A stretch of DNA of 64,000 nucleotides from Oscillospiraceae bacterium (GTDB lineage: Bacteria; Bacillota; Clostridia; Oscillospirales; SIG519): the NCBI GenBank assembly GCA_015067255.1, contig SVMS01000007.1:1352-65351 (forward strand). Reading direction: 5' to 3'. The notes below the pieces were generated by a model. It was not told where the DNA came from. It made no database searches and saw nothing but the letters and a program-made list of their open reading frames with translations. This document shows, piece after piece, positions 8,644 through 17,705 of the stretch. Positions within the stretch are counted from its first letter, which is position 1. Each line of letters begins with the position of its first letter. The translations under genes and the position numbers were made by a program.

Positions 8644-9651
8644 ATGTCAAATTCTGTCGGAATTTATGCTGCCGCAAATGAAGTTTTCGAAACAAGACGG
8701 CAAGAAAATAAAAAAGCGACTCTGCGCAACAGAGAAAAGGCTTATAAAAAAGTGCCTGAGCTTGCAAATATTGAAAAACAGCTTAAAGAGCTTGCTATAA
8801 AAGGAATTCGTGCCGCTATAGAGTCATCAAATGAAGCAGAAAGCAAAAAGGCAGTAAAGAAATTAAAATCTCAGAGTCTTGAGCTTCAGGCAAAGCGTGC
8901 AGAATTGCTATATTCAGCAGGTCTTAATCTTAATATTCTTGACGAAGTAGTCAGCTGTAAAAAATGTAACGATTCGGGCTATATAGGAGTGCAGATGTGC
9001 GACTGCTTCAAAAAGGAGCTAAGACATCAAAGATACAAGCGTTCAAATTTAGGCGCTATGCTTACTGAACAAACCTTCAAAAATTTCGACTTGAATTATT
9101 ATTCCGACAAGGTTGACAAAAAGCTTGACACATCTCCCCGTGAGCATATGGAGCAGGTATTTAAGTACTTAAAAAAATACTGTGATAAGTTGGAAAAAAA
9201 TCCTGAAAATTTATTTTTTACAGGTATGCCCGGCTTAGGTAAAACCTTTTTATCAACTGCAGTTGCAAAAGCAGTAATAGATAACGGGCTTGACGTTATT
9301 TACGAAACCTCAAACAAAATTTTCTCCACCTATCAGCGTGCTCAGTTTGAACAGGATGAGCAAGCAAGAGCAGATATTGAAGAATATATAAGCACCGATT
9401 TGCTTATTATTGATGATTTAGGCGCAGAGTTTACAACCTCTTTTACAGTAACAGCCTTATTTAATCTTATAAACTCAAGGCTTATAGCTAAAAAACCGAT
9501 TATCATCAATTCAAATCTCACCTTAGACGAAATCGGTGACAAGTATGACGAAAGAATTCTTTCAAGAATAAGCGGAGAATTTACATCTATCTATTTCTTC
9601 GGAAGTGATATCCGCAGCAAGAAGCTTGCTACACGGGCAAAAAAATCCTAA
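8644..9651 (+). CDS. DnaC/DnaI/IstB-like AAA+ ATPase with an N-terminal Cys cluster
   Basis: Cys cluster CKKCNDSGYIGVQMCDC, Walker A GMPGLGKTF, Walker B LLIIDDLG. Confidence 0.7.
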   Translation: MSNSVGIYAAANEVFETRRQENKKATLRNREKAYKKVPELANIEKQLKELAIKGIRAAIESSNEAESKKAVKKLKSQSLELQAKRAELLYSAGLNLNILDEVVSCKKCNDSGYIGVQMCDCFKKELRHQRYKRSNLGAMLTEQTFKNFDLNYYSDKVDKKLDTSPREHMEQVFKYLKKYCDKLEKNPENLFFTGMPGLGKTFLSTAVAKAVIDNGLDVIYETSNKIFSTYQRAQFEQDEQARADIEEYISTDLLIIDDLGAEFTTSFTVTALFNLINSRLIAKKPIIINSNLTLDEIGDKYDERILSRISGEFTSIYFFGSDIRSKKLATRAKKS

Positions 9652-9688
9652 AATACGCTATGAAGGGTGGGAACGGGCATAGAAAATT

Positions 9689-10372
9689 ATGCCCTGTCTT
9701 TTGAATAAAGGAAAACTTATTGTAATTGACGGAGTTGACGGCTCCGGAAAGCAAACTCAAAGCCTTCTTTTAACAAAGGCATTGGAAGAACGAAAAATAA
9801 ATGTCAAAAAAATTGAATTTCCCTGCTATGACGATGATTCAAGCGCACTTATAAAAATGTATCTCAAGGGTGATTTCGGAAGCTCTGCTGACGATGTTAA
9901 TCCTTACGCAGCTTCTACCTTTTATGCGGTTGACCGTTTTGCTTCCTATAAAAAGGATTGGGGTACTTTTTATAATGACGGCGGAATAATAGTTGCTGAC
10001 AGATATGTTACCAGCAACGCAATTCATCAGGCTTCAAAGCTTTCGGGTAAAGACAGAGATGACTATTTTTCCTGGCTTGAAGATTTTGAATATGTAAAAA
10101 TAGGACTTCCCCGTCCCGATTTAGTTATTTTCCTTGATATGCACCCCGAATACACAAAAAAGCTTATCGAAAAGCGTTACGAGGGTGATATGAGCAAAAA
10201 GGACCTTCACGAAAAAGACGAGGAATATACCATGCGTTGTTATAACGGCGCTGTTTATGCCTGTGAAAAATTCGGTTGGTGCCATATAAAATGTGCTGAA
10301 AACGGCATAATAAAATCAATAGATGAAATTCACAGTCAGGTGCTTGAAAAAGTTTTGAATATTTTGGAGTGA
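9689..10372 (+). CDS. tmk: thymidylate kinase family protein
   Basis: KLIVIDGVDGSGKQTQ P-loop and a DRY motif (ADRYVTSN). The start is uncertain because ATG 9689 lies inside a hairpin (gggcata/tatgccc). Confidence 0.6.
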   Translation: MPCLLNKGKLIVIDGVDGSGKQTQSLLLTKALEERKINVKKIEFPCYDDDSSALIKMYLKGDFGSSADDVNPYAASTFYAVDRFASYKKDWGTFYNDGGIIVADRYVTSNAIHQASKLSGKDRDDYFSWLEDFEYVKIGLPRPDLVIFLDMHPEYTKKLIEKRYEGDMSKKDLHEKDEEYTMRCYNGAVYACEKFGWCHIKCAENGIIKSIDEIHSQVLEKVLNILE

Positions 10373-10379
10373 ACTGTTT

Positions 10380-11360
10380 TTGGATAAAAAAAATCAGCTT
10401 AAAAGTCTTTGGAAAAACTCTTTTTCCGTAACTCAAAGCTATACCAATCTTTTCTTTGACTATCTTTATTCCGATGAAAATGTTAAGTTTTTAGAGCGTG
10501 ATGGCAAAATAGTCAGCGCTTTATACTCTCTGCCCTATAAAATGCAAGCATTTTCAAAGCCTGTAAAAGCAAGCTATTTATGCGGCGTTTCAACACAGCA
10601 GGAGTACAGAGGTCAGGGACTTGTTTCAACCTTAATTAAGGATACTTTAGCTTCTCTTTATAATGACGGTTTTGAGCTTTGCGCCCTTATTCCCGTTTCC
10701 GAAAGTCTTTACAGCTTTTATTCAAGATTTGATTTTGCTCCCGTTTACAAATATAAAATTATAAAAAAACCTAAAACACAAAATTCAACTCTTATTTTAA
10801 AGCCTATGAAAAACTATCAGCTTTGTTCTGATATTCATAAAAAGCAGCTCTTTTCAAGAGGTTTTTCCTTTGAGCTTGATGCTAATCATTTTGAATTTAT
10901 ATCAAAGGAATGTTTAATGTTTGATGAGCTTCCCTTGGAAATTTATGACGGCGACAAATTTTGCGGATATATTTTCTATAGGGATGAAGATAATATTCCT
11001 TTAATAAGAGAAATGCTTTTAGAAAATGCAGACGAGCAGGATGCAATCAATGCTCTTTGCCAGCTAAAAAACATTGAAGAGGTATCTCTTTGCTCTCCCT
11101 GTTGCGCTTCAGAAACGGAAGGGCTTGAAAATATGGGTATGATGCGTGCTTTAAATGCCGTAAAGCTTTTAGAAAAAATATATTTTGATAATCAACATAT
11201 TGAAATTTGCGATAATATAATCAAACAAAATAACGGTACCTATATATTTACAAAAAACGGTGCTGTAAAAACTAACAAAAAAGCAAAAAACGTTATAAAC
11301 GTGTGCGATATTCCTTCAATGATATGCAAAAACCCCTATATAAATATGTTATTAAACTAA
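10380..11360 (+). CDS. GNAT-family acetyltransferase (Eis-like architecture)
   Basis: QEYRGQGLVSTLIKD acetyl-CoA-binding motif, with a long C-terminal extension. Confidence 0.65.
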   Translation: MDKKNQLKSLWKNSFSVTQSYTNLFFDYLYSDENVKFLERDGKIVSALYSLPYKMQAFSKPVKASYLCGVSTQQEYRGQGLVSTLIKDTLASLYNDGFELCALIPVSESLYSFYSRFDFAPVYKYKIIKKPKTQNSTLILKPMKNYQLCSDIHKKQLFSRGFSFELDANHFEFISKECLMFDELPLEIYDGDKFCGYIFYRDEDNIPLIREMLLENADEQDAINALCQLKNIEEVSLCSPCCASETEGLENMGMMRALNAVKLLEKIYFDNQHIEICDNIIKQNNGTYIFTKNGAVKTNKKAKNVINVCDIPSMICKNPYINMLLN

Positions 11361-11372
11361 GGAAAAAGAAAA

Positions 11373-11915
11373 ATGAAAAAAGAGCTTCGAGATAAATACA
11401 AAAATTTAAGATGCCGTCCTTCTAAAAGAGAAGAGGACGAAAAAATCTTTTTTCATTTGAAAAGCTTTTTAAGCAAAGAAGTCCCTTCAGGTGTTCTTAT
11501 TTATGTTTCCTCCCCTGCCGAAACAGATACGCATTCTATAATCAACTGGCTTTTGGAAAAAGGAATTTGTGTAGCAGTGCCCAAATGCGTTGGCAAGGAT
11601 ATGATTTTTTGCAAAATTGAAAGTCTTGAAGAGCTCACTCAGGGATATATGGGAATATACGAGCCCAAAGACCTTGACAAAAAGGTTGATACCTCCCTTT
11701 ATTCAATATGCGTTGTTCCTGCTTTAAGCGTAGCTCTAAACGGAACCCGCTTAGGCTACGGCGGCGGCTTTTATGACAGATTTTTAGCCTCATACAAAGG
11801 AACAAAGCTTTCTGTTTGTCCCGATTGTTGCATATGCGACAATCTGCCTACCGAAAAGCACGATGTTAAAATGGATTTATATATTACACAGTCCGGAGTG
11901 AAAAAAGTTGTCTAA
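11373..11915 (+). CDS. 5-formyltetrahydrofolate cyclo-ligase
   Basis: RLGYGGGFYDRFL motif; length about 180 aa. Confidence 0.85.
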   Translation: MKKELRDKYKNLRCRPSKREEDEKIFFHLKSFLSKEVPSGVLIYVSSPAETDTHSIINWLLEKGICVAVPKCVGKDMIFCKIESLEELTQGYMGIYEPKDLDKKVDTSLYSICVVPALSVALNGTRLGYGGGFYDRFLASYKGTKLSVCPDCCICDNLPTEKHDVKMDLYITQSGVKKVV

Positions 11916-12813
11916 TTCAAAAAATAAAAGCTATGCAAACTTAATAGTTCTTATACTTTTTGTTTTGCTTACAATATTCTCTGTTTTTTCTCACGAAATC
12001 CTTTCTAAAATACCTCTTTCAAGATATTATATATTAAGTCTTGTAACTGCTCTTGTTTTTCTTATTCCCGCAATTATTCTCAAAAACAAAGCAAGAAACA
12101 AAGCATCCTCTTTTTTCAGATTGAAAAACTTTAAATTGCGTTGGCTGCCTCTTACCTTTTTTGCATCTCTTGTAGCAACAATCGGCGGTGTAGCGCTCAA
12201 TGCAGTTTCTTTAAAAGTATTACCTGACGGATTTAAAGCCTTATCTCTAAATCCTATTGCATCAGTCAGCTGGGAAAGCCCTTTACCTGCTATTCTTGCT
12301 CTTATAATTGTCCCTGCTGTTTTTGAAGAACTCTTTTTCAGGGGTGCTTATCTTTCAAGCTTTGGCAACGAAAAGCGTCCTATCATTATTTTTACAGGTG
12401 CAATATGCTTTGCCGTTATGCACTCTACTCCCTATAATTTTCTTGCTCCTCTTTTAGCAGGTTGTATTTACGGCACTCTTGTATATATTTTAGACAGCGT
12501 ATATCCCGCAATATTTGCCCATTTATTCAACAATGCTATCACCTGTCTTTTTTTCAATCTCAACGAGAAGCTTTCAAACGCAGGTCTTGGCACTTTTCTT
12601 GCCGTTGCATCAATTGTTATATTCCTTATAAGTATATATGTTTCTCTTCGTGAAATTGAAAAATTTATAAAAATAACACCAAAAAAAGCACTCACCGTTT
12701 CTCAGAGAGTGCAAAAGCAAAAAGCAAAATACGTTATAGCTGACGTGTATTTTTTGATTTTGATTGTTTTATGGGCTTTGAAAATCGTATTGCAGTTATT
12801 TAAAATCCTTTAA
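11908..12813 (+). CDS. CPBP-family (CAAX) intramembrane metalloprotease
   Basis: EELFFRG, FAVMHS and AHLFNNA motifs in a polytopic membrane protein. Confidence 0.8.
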   Translation: MSNSKNKSYANLIVLILFVLLTIFSVFSHEILSKIPLSRYYILSLVTALVFLIPAIILKNKARNKASSFFRLKNFKLRWLPLTFFASLVATIGGVALNAVSLKVLPDGFKALSLNPIASVSWESPLPAILALIIVPAVFEELFFRGAYLSSFGNEKRPIIIFTGAICFAVMHSTPYNFLAPLLAGCIYGTLVYILDSVYPAIFAHLFNNAITCLFFNLNEKLSNAGLGTFLAVASIVIFLISIYVSLREIEKFIKITPKKALTVSQRVQKQKAKYVIADVYFLILIVLWALKIVLQLFKIL

Positions 12814-12820
12814 GAAAAAT

Positions 12821-12840
12821 CTGCCGGCTTATGCCGGCAG
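12821..12840. terminator. shared hairpin between convergent transcription units
   Basis: Hairpin ctgccggc-ttat-gccggcag. The T run (attttt) is on the minus strand, which suits the tiny minus-strand ORF best. Confidence 0.55.
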
Positions 12841-12851
12841 ATAAAGCTTTA

Positions 12852-12947
12852 TTAATCGCAGAAACAAATAAGGAATACTATAATCGCTACTACGATAAGG
12901 ATAGTTGTGCAATCATCATCAAAGTTAAATAAATTTCTAAGACACAT
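12852..12947 (-). CDS. unannotated 31-aa hydrophobic, Cys-rich micro-protein
   Basis: My translation gives MCLRNLFNFDDDCTTILIVVAIIVFLICFCD. The RBS is GAGGTGA, 5 nt upstream of the ATG. A hairpin with a T run lies downstream, and CATACTA lies 34 nt upstream. Confidence 0.4.
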   Translation of the reverse strand: MCLRNLFNFDDDCTTILIVVAIIVFLICFCD

Positions 12948-13042
12948 AAATTATCACCTCACTATTAGTCCTCAATAACATAGTATGATGCTACCATTTC
13001 TTTGCTACAAAGAATTTATATATGAAAGGATATCTATGACCT

Positions 13043-14107
13043 ATGGAAAAAACTGTATCCAAAAAGAAAAAAATAATTAAATACATAATAATAAGCTTGT
13101 GTGCTGTTATGCTTATAGCTCTTGCCAGTGCTTCATTTTTAATATACGCTGACTATTCAGCCCTTGCAAATTCTTTTCAAAAAGTAACTTTGAACATTCC
13201 AAAGGGTGCTAATACCGACGATATTGCACAGCTTCTCAAGGAAAACGGCGCTATAAAATTCCCGAATGTATTTAAAGTTTACGTAAAGCTTAAAAAAGCA
13301 GGCGCAGGCTTTATGAGAGGTGAGCACGAAATTTCCTGTGATGCAGGCTATGACGGACTCATACAGGCATTGAGCCAGCCCGCTTCCAACATAATAACAG
13401 TTACAATTCCCGAGGGCTTCTGGCAGGCTCAAATTGTTGACAGATTTATCAACAAAGGACTTGGCACTAAGGAAGAATGGGAAAAAGCGCTTTCAGAAGA
13501 TTACGATTATGATTTTCTGCCTGAAGAAATGGGTGAAAACCGTTTTGAAGGCTATCTTTTCCCCGCTACCTACAATTTTTACAGTGACGATTCACCTCAA
13601 ATAATAATTGACACTCTTCTTTCCGAATTTGGAAAACGAATTAAAAAAATAGGTCTTGAGGAAAAAGCTCAGCAAATGGGCCTTACCTTGAGCGATGCTA
13701 TAAAGCTTGCATCAATCATTCAATCGGAAGTACCCTCTTTAAAAGAGATGCAACGTGTTTCAGCAGTTTTTCATAACAGACTTAATATTGATATGAAGCT
13801 TCAATCCTGCGTTACCGTTATGTACGCTTTAGGAGAGCATAAAAGCTCTGTTTCTATTGCAGATACAAAGACTGAAAGTCCTTATAATACCTACTATGTC
13901 AAAGGATTGCCAAAGGGACCCATCTGCAACCCCGGTGAAGATGCTTTAAGCGCTTGCGTTTCTCCCGACCAGGATACAGTTGAGCAACAGTACTTATATT
14001 TTTACACCCCTAACAGCAAAGAGGTTGTTTACTCAAAAACCTATGCAGAGCATAAAAAAGCTATTGCTAAAAACAAAGGCGGAACAGGAACAAGCACTGT
14101 TAATTAA
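13043..14107 (+). CDS. mltG: endolytic murein transglycosylase MltG (YceG-like)
   Basis: N-terminal TM helix, YceG-type body, conserved EGYLFPATY motif. Confidence 0.9.
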   Translation: MEKTVSKKKKIIKYIIISLCAVMLIALASASFLIYADYSALANSFQKVTLNIPKGANTDDIAQLLKENGAIKFPNVFKVYVKLKKAGAGFMRGEHEISCDAGYDGLIQALSQPASNIITVTIPEGFWQAQIVDRFINKGLGTKEEWEKALSEDYDYDFLPEEMGENRFEGYLFPATYNFYSDDSPQIIIDTLLSEFGKRIKKIGLEEKAQQMGLTLSDAIKLASIIQSEVPSLKEMQRVSAVFHNRLNIDMKLQSCVTVMYALGEHKSSVSIADTKTESPYNTYYVKGLPKGPICNPGEDALSACVSPDQDTVEQQYLYFYTPNSKEVVYSKTYAEHKKAIAKNKGGTGTSTVN

Positions 14108-14162
14108 CATCTTTTAAAATAAAGAAAGGTATTTTGCAATTTTTGCATAATAGGTTTAGTTT

Positions 14163-15047
14163 ATGAACTATGTGAAAACGTCCTTACAAAGCACAGTTGA
14201 AATTAAATCTGTAATAAGCTTTCATTATTTTGAATATTGTAAAAAATATTCCTTCAAGGGTGAAAAACATAATTTTTGGGAAATTGTATATGCAGACAAG
14301 GGCGACATCAACGTAATTGATGCAAACAATGAATACAAATTAACCCAAGGCAGCTTAATTTTACACGCTCCTAATGTTTTTCACAATGTAATTGCCAGTC
14401 AGACAGAGGGTTCAAACACTATAATTTTCTCCTTTGACTCTGACTCCGAAATTCTAAATTCCCTTGCGGGAAAGGTTATTAAAATTTCAGTTGCACACAA
14501 AAAAATACTTGCAAAAATAGTTGATGAAGGCATCAATGCTTTTACTCCCCCATATAATGACCCTAATCAAAAAAAGCTTTGCAAGCGTGATGATATAAGC
14601 TTAGGTGCTGAACAGCTTTTTAAAATATATATTGAAGAGCTTATTATATCTCTTTTGCGTATGCAAAACAGCGGTGATGTTATATCTCACGGCACTTCTT
14701 CAGCTAAATCAGAGGAGCTTTTAGCTGTTAAAATAGAGGAATATTTAAAGGCAAACGTATACTCCTCTCTTTGCTTTGAAGACGTATGCTACCGTTTTTC
14801 AAGAAGTAAAACCAGTGTAAAAACAGCTTTTTCAAAGCACACGGGAAAAGGCGTTATGGAATATTATAATCTTTTGAAAATTGAAGAAGCAAAAAAGCTT
14901 ATACGTAACGAAACGCTTAATTTTACTGAGATTTCAAATCTGCTCTCCTTTAATTCGGTGCATTATTTTTCACGTCATTTTAAAAAACATACGGGAATGA
15001 CTCCCACACAATACTTAAACTCTGTTAAAGCTATGAGCAGAATTTGA
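14163..15047 (+). CDS. AraC-family transcriptional regulator
   Basis: N-terminal cupin-like domain; C-terminal double HTH ending in HYFSRHFKKHTGMTPTQY. Confidence 0.85.
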   Translation: MNYVKTSLQSTVEIKSVISFHYFEYCKKYSFKGEKHNFWEIVYADKGDINVIDANNEYKLTQGSLILHAPNVFHNVIASQTEGSNTIIFSFDSDSEILNSLAGKVIKISVAHKKILAKIVDEGINAFTPPYNDPNQKKLCKRDDISLGAEQLFKIYIEELIISLLRMQNSGDVISHGTSSAKSEELLAVKIEEYLKANVYSSLCFEDVCYRFSRSKTSVKTAFSKHTGKGVMEYYNLLKIEEAKKLIRNETLNFTEISNLLSFNSVHYFSRHFKKHTGMTPTQYLNSVKAMSRI

Positions 15048-15136
15048 AAACAAATAAGCTATGGGGAGGATTTATTCCTTATTCTCTATTTAGTTTGCTG
15101 TTGCAGTATCTGCGCTCTGACAGAGTACAAAGTATT

Positions 15137-15177
15137 AAAAGGCTGTAAAAAACTTTCGTTTTTTACAGCCTTTTTTT
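15137..15177. terminator. bidirectional rho-independent terminator
   Basis: Hairpin ggctgtaaaaaa/ttttttacagcc flanked by an A run and a T run. Confidence 0.8.
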
Positions 15178-15211
15178 AGAGTATAGGAAAAAGTGTGCAG
15201 AATATGTCAAT

Positions 15212-16219
15212 TTACTTATCTAATTTTCGTTTTATAATAACGCCCACGAAAGAAAATATCGCAGTTATAAAAAATCCAATTGCTATAATTATTGCGTCTG
15301 TTTTATCGGCTCCGAAATAAGTAAAAATATCAGAGCTTAAAGTATTTTCTTGAGAGGGAGTATAATCTTTTTCTATATAATCACAGCCGCTTCTCGTACA
15401 TTTTAATACTTTTATATATTCGCCGTTCTTTTTAACGGTTTTTTCTTCAAGCTTATGCCCTAACGCCTTAAAAACCTCTTTCTTTGTATGGGTACTGTCA
15501 TACTCACAAACATAAAAATTTTCACCATCATTTTCGCAGTCAGCCTTTACTACTATTCCTCCATAAACCCATTTGTGATTACAAACGGTAGTTTGCTGAC
15601 TTGTTTGACTTTGAACATTCTCTTGCTCTTGCTCTTGTTCTTGCTCTTGTTCTTGCTCTTGTTCTTGCTCTTGACTTGTCTTTTCTTCCTCTTTTGAAGG
15701 AGCTTGTGAAGCTGTTTTCTCTTTAATTTCTATTTGTATATTCTCATATTCTACGTTCAAAAATCTATTTGCCGAATATAAGGCATCGCTTTTATCATTA
15801 TTGAAGCCGCTGCAAGTAATAGTATGCTTACCGATTGCCGCATTTTCTTTAACATTAAGAAAAATAACTGCAAGCTCTCCGTCTGAAGAAAAGGCATACT
15901 CTCCCTCTTGAGAGCCGAATTTCAACTCAATATATCCGTTTTTCAAATCACTTGTATAATTTACGTATTCCGGTACATTTTCTCCAAAGCAAGCATTTGT
16001 CTGTGTTTTATCGTAGCTAAAGGTTTCAAGAGGAAAGCTTACCTTTAAATGTAAATACACAACAGAGAGGTTTTCTTTTACAGAAAGTGATATCTGCGCC
16101 TTTTCCCCAAGGCTTACCGCTTCACCTTGCAAATATACAGTTGTTTTTTCGGCAAAAACCGCAGTGCAAAAAACAATATTTAAAACTATAACAGTCAAAA
16201 TACAAAATAGCTTTTTCAC
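15212..16219 (-). CDS. cell-surface protein: signal peptide, cohesin-like beta domain, (EQ)n linker, Cys-rich module, C-terminal TM anchor
   Basis: I prefer the GTG start at 16219 (RBS GAGG 9 nt upstream), which gives MKKLFCILTVIVLNIVFCTAVFA. The track start at 16276 would overlap the MATE gene. Confidence 0.6.
   Translation of the reverse strand: MKKLFCILTVIVLNIVFCTAVFAEKTTVYLQGEAVSLGEKAQISLSVKENLSVVYLHLKVSFPLETFSYDKTQTNACFGENVPEYVNYTSDLKNGYIELKFGSQEGEYAFSSDGELAVIFLNVKENAAIGKHTITCSGFNNDKSDALYSANRFLNVEYENIQIEIKEKTASQAPSKEEEKTSQEQEQEQEQEQEQEQEQENVQSQTSQQTTVCNHKWVYGGIVVKADCENDGENFYVCEYDSTHTKKEVFKALGHKLEEKTVKKNGEYIKVLKCTRSGCDYIEKDYTPSQENTLSSDIFTYFGADKTDAIIIAIGFFITAIFSFVGVIIKRKLDK
15620..15673. 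repeat. nine tandem hexanucleotide units (ctcttg/ttcttg) encoding (EQ)n
   Basis: Read directly from the sequence: ctcttg x3, then (ttcttg ctcttg) x3. Confidence 0.95.
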
Positions 16220-16246
16220 TTTCAGCAACCTCAATTTTATACATTT

Positions 16247-16253
16247 TTCGACA
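16247..16253 (-). promoter_or_regulatory. candidate Spo0A box upstream of the surface-protein gene
   Basis: The minus strand reads tatataaaaaatTTGTCGAAaaatgtataaaattgagg. The box lies 28 nt upstream of the GTG start. Confidence 0.35.
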
Positions 16254-16259
16254 AATTTT

Positions 16260-17660
16260 TTATATATCGTCAGCAAGTATCCTTCTCTTTTTCCATCTTC
16301 CCATAAGAAAATAAATCATACTGGGGATTGCAAAGCCGTAGGGCGCAAGACCGTAACCTAAAACAAAGCCGTAAAAGCCCATATTAAAGTAAATTCCAAA
16401 AAGCCAGCTAAAGCCTATACGAAGCACAACCCCGTCTAAAATAGCCAGAACCATACCTAATTTTGCGTTTCCTATTCCTTGGATAAAAGCACCCGAGCCT
16501 CTCATTATTGTAAAAGCAGGAAACATCCATACAATAGCGGAAATAAAGGTACTTGAAAGCTCATGTACCGCTACATCCTCGGAAAACATCATGAAAAGCT
16601 CTTTTCCGAAGCAAATATAAATTGTTAAGAAAATAACTGTAAATATTACTGAAAAAAGCCACGTATACCATACAACGCTTTTTGCTCTTTTAATTTCTTT
16701 TGCGCTTATATTTTGCGCTATCATAGGTATTGCCGCATACTGCATTCCTTGAGAAACTTTGTTTGAAATATCGTCAATTCTCATTCCTACACCAAAGGTT
16801 GCCGACTGTACAACACCCAAACTGTTTACCATAGAATTTACATACAGCATAGAAATATTGATAAAGCCTGACTGTATTGCCATTGGCGTTCCCAAATCAA
16901 CTATCATTTTTACATATTTTTTTACAGGCTTTAAGCTTGCAAGCTTAAAATCAAATCCAAAGTCCTCTTTATTTTTATGTAAATAATAAAGAGAAAACAG
17001 GAAAGATACTCCCTGACCTATGATAGTTGCCCAAGCAGCACCCGCCACTCCAAAGCCTAAAAAGCCTGTGAAAACAATGTCAAGCACCAGATTTACCACC
17101 GATGCAATAAGAATAAATAAAAAAGGCCTTTTACTGTCCCCCATACCTCGAAGCACAGCCGAAACCATATTATAGCCCGCCGTAAAAACAAGTCCTAAAC
17201 CGCATATTATCATATAATCAGAGGACATTGAAATTGATTCGTCGGGAATTTTCATAATATCAATTACTTGATTTTTTAATATTAAAATCAATAAAGAGAA
17301 AATAACTCCTATTGATAAAATAATGGTAAAAAGCGTTCCTATAATTTCATTTAATTCTTTTCTTTTTCCCGAGCCCAATGCCTGCGAAACAACTACCTGT
17401 CCCCCATTTGAAAAGCCAAGACAAATCATAGTTGCAAAATTCAGTATAAGACTGCTCTGGGATACTGCAGAAAGCCCCGCTGTACCTACATATTTACCTA
17501 CAATAATCATATCTATCGTAGAATACAGTACCTGCATAGCATTGGACAGCATAAAAGGTATTGTAAGAAAAAATAATTGTTTTGGAATACTGCCCTTTGT
17601 TAAATCCTTTGATAATTTAGCGTTACTCATTATATTACTATCGCCTTTTCTGTCAAGCAT
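16260..17660 (-). CDS. MATE-family efflux transporter
   Basis: 12-TM profile, about 460 aa, N-terminus typical of MATE (LTKGSIPKQLFFLTIPFMLSNAMQVLYSTIDMIIVG). Confidence 0.9.
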   Translation of the reverse strand: MLDRKGDSNIMSNAKLSKDLTKGSIPKQLFFLTIPFMLSNAMQVLYSTIDMIIVGKYVGTAGLSAVSQSSLILNFATMICLGFSNGGQVVVSQALGSGKRKELNEIIGTLFTIILSIGVIFSLLILILKNQVIDIMKIPDESISMSSDYMIICGLGLVFTAGYNMVSAVLRGMGDSKRPFLFILIASVVNLVLDIVFTGFLGFGVAGAAWATIIGQGVSFLFSLYYLHKNKEDFGFDFKLASLKPVKKYVKMIVDLGTPMAIQSGFINISMLYVNSMVNSLGVVQSATFGVGMRIDDISNKVSQGMQYAAIPMIAQNISAKEIKRAKSVVWYTWLFSVIFTVIFLTIYICFGKELFMMFSEDVAVHELSSTFISAIVWMFPAFTIMRGSGAFIQGIGNAKLGMVLAILDGVVLRIGFSWLFGIYFNMGFYGFVLGYGLAPYGFAIPSMIYFLMGRWKKRRILADDI

Positions 17661-17705
17661 TAAATCCCCTTAGAGTAATTCTACCCTAAGGGGATTGTTC
17701 AAAAA

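Noticed and set aside
16220-16276. The upstream ATG start for the surface protein, which would overlap the MATE gene by 17 nt.
   Set aside because: The GTG at 16219 has a GAGG RBS and yields a canonical signal peptide. The extension (MLTIYKKFVEKCIKLRLLK) covers the probable promoter and the TGTCGAA box.
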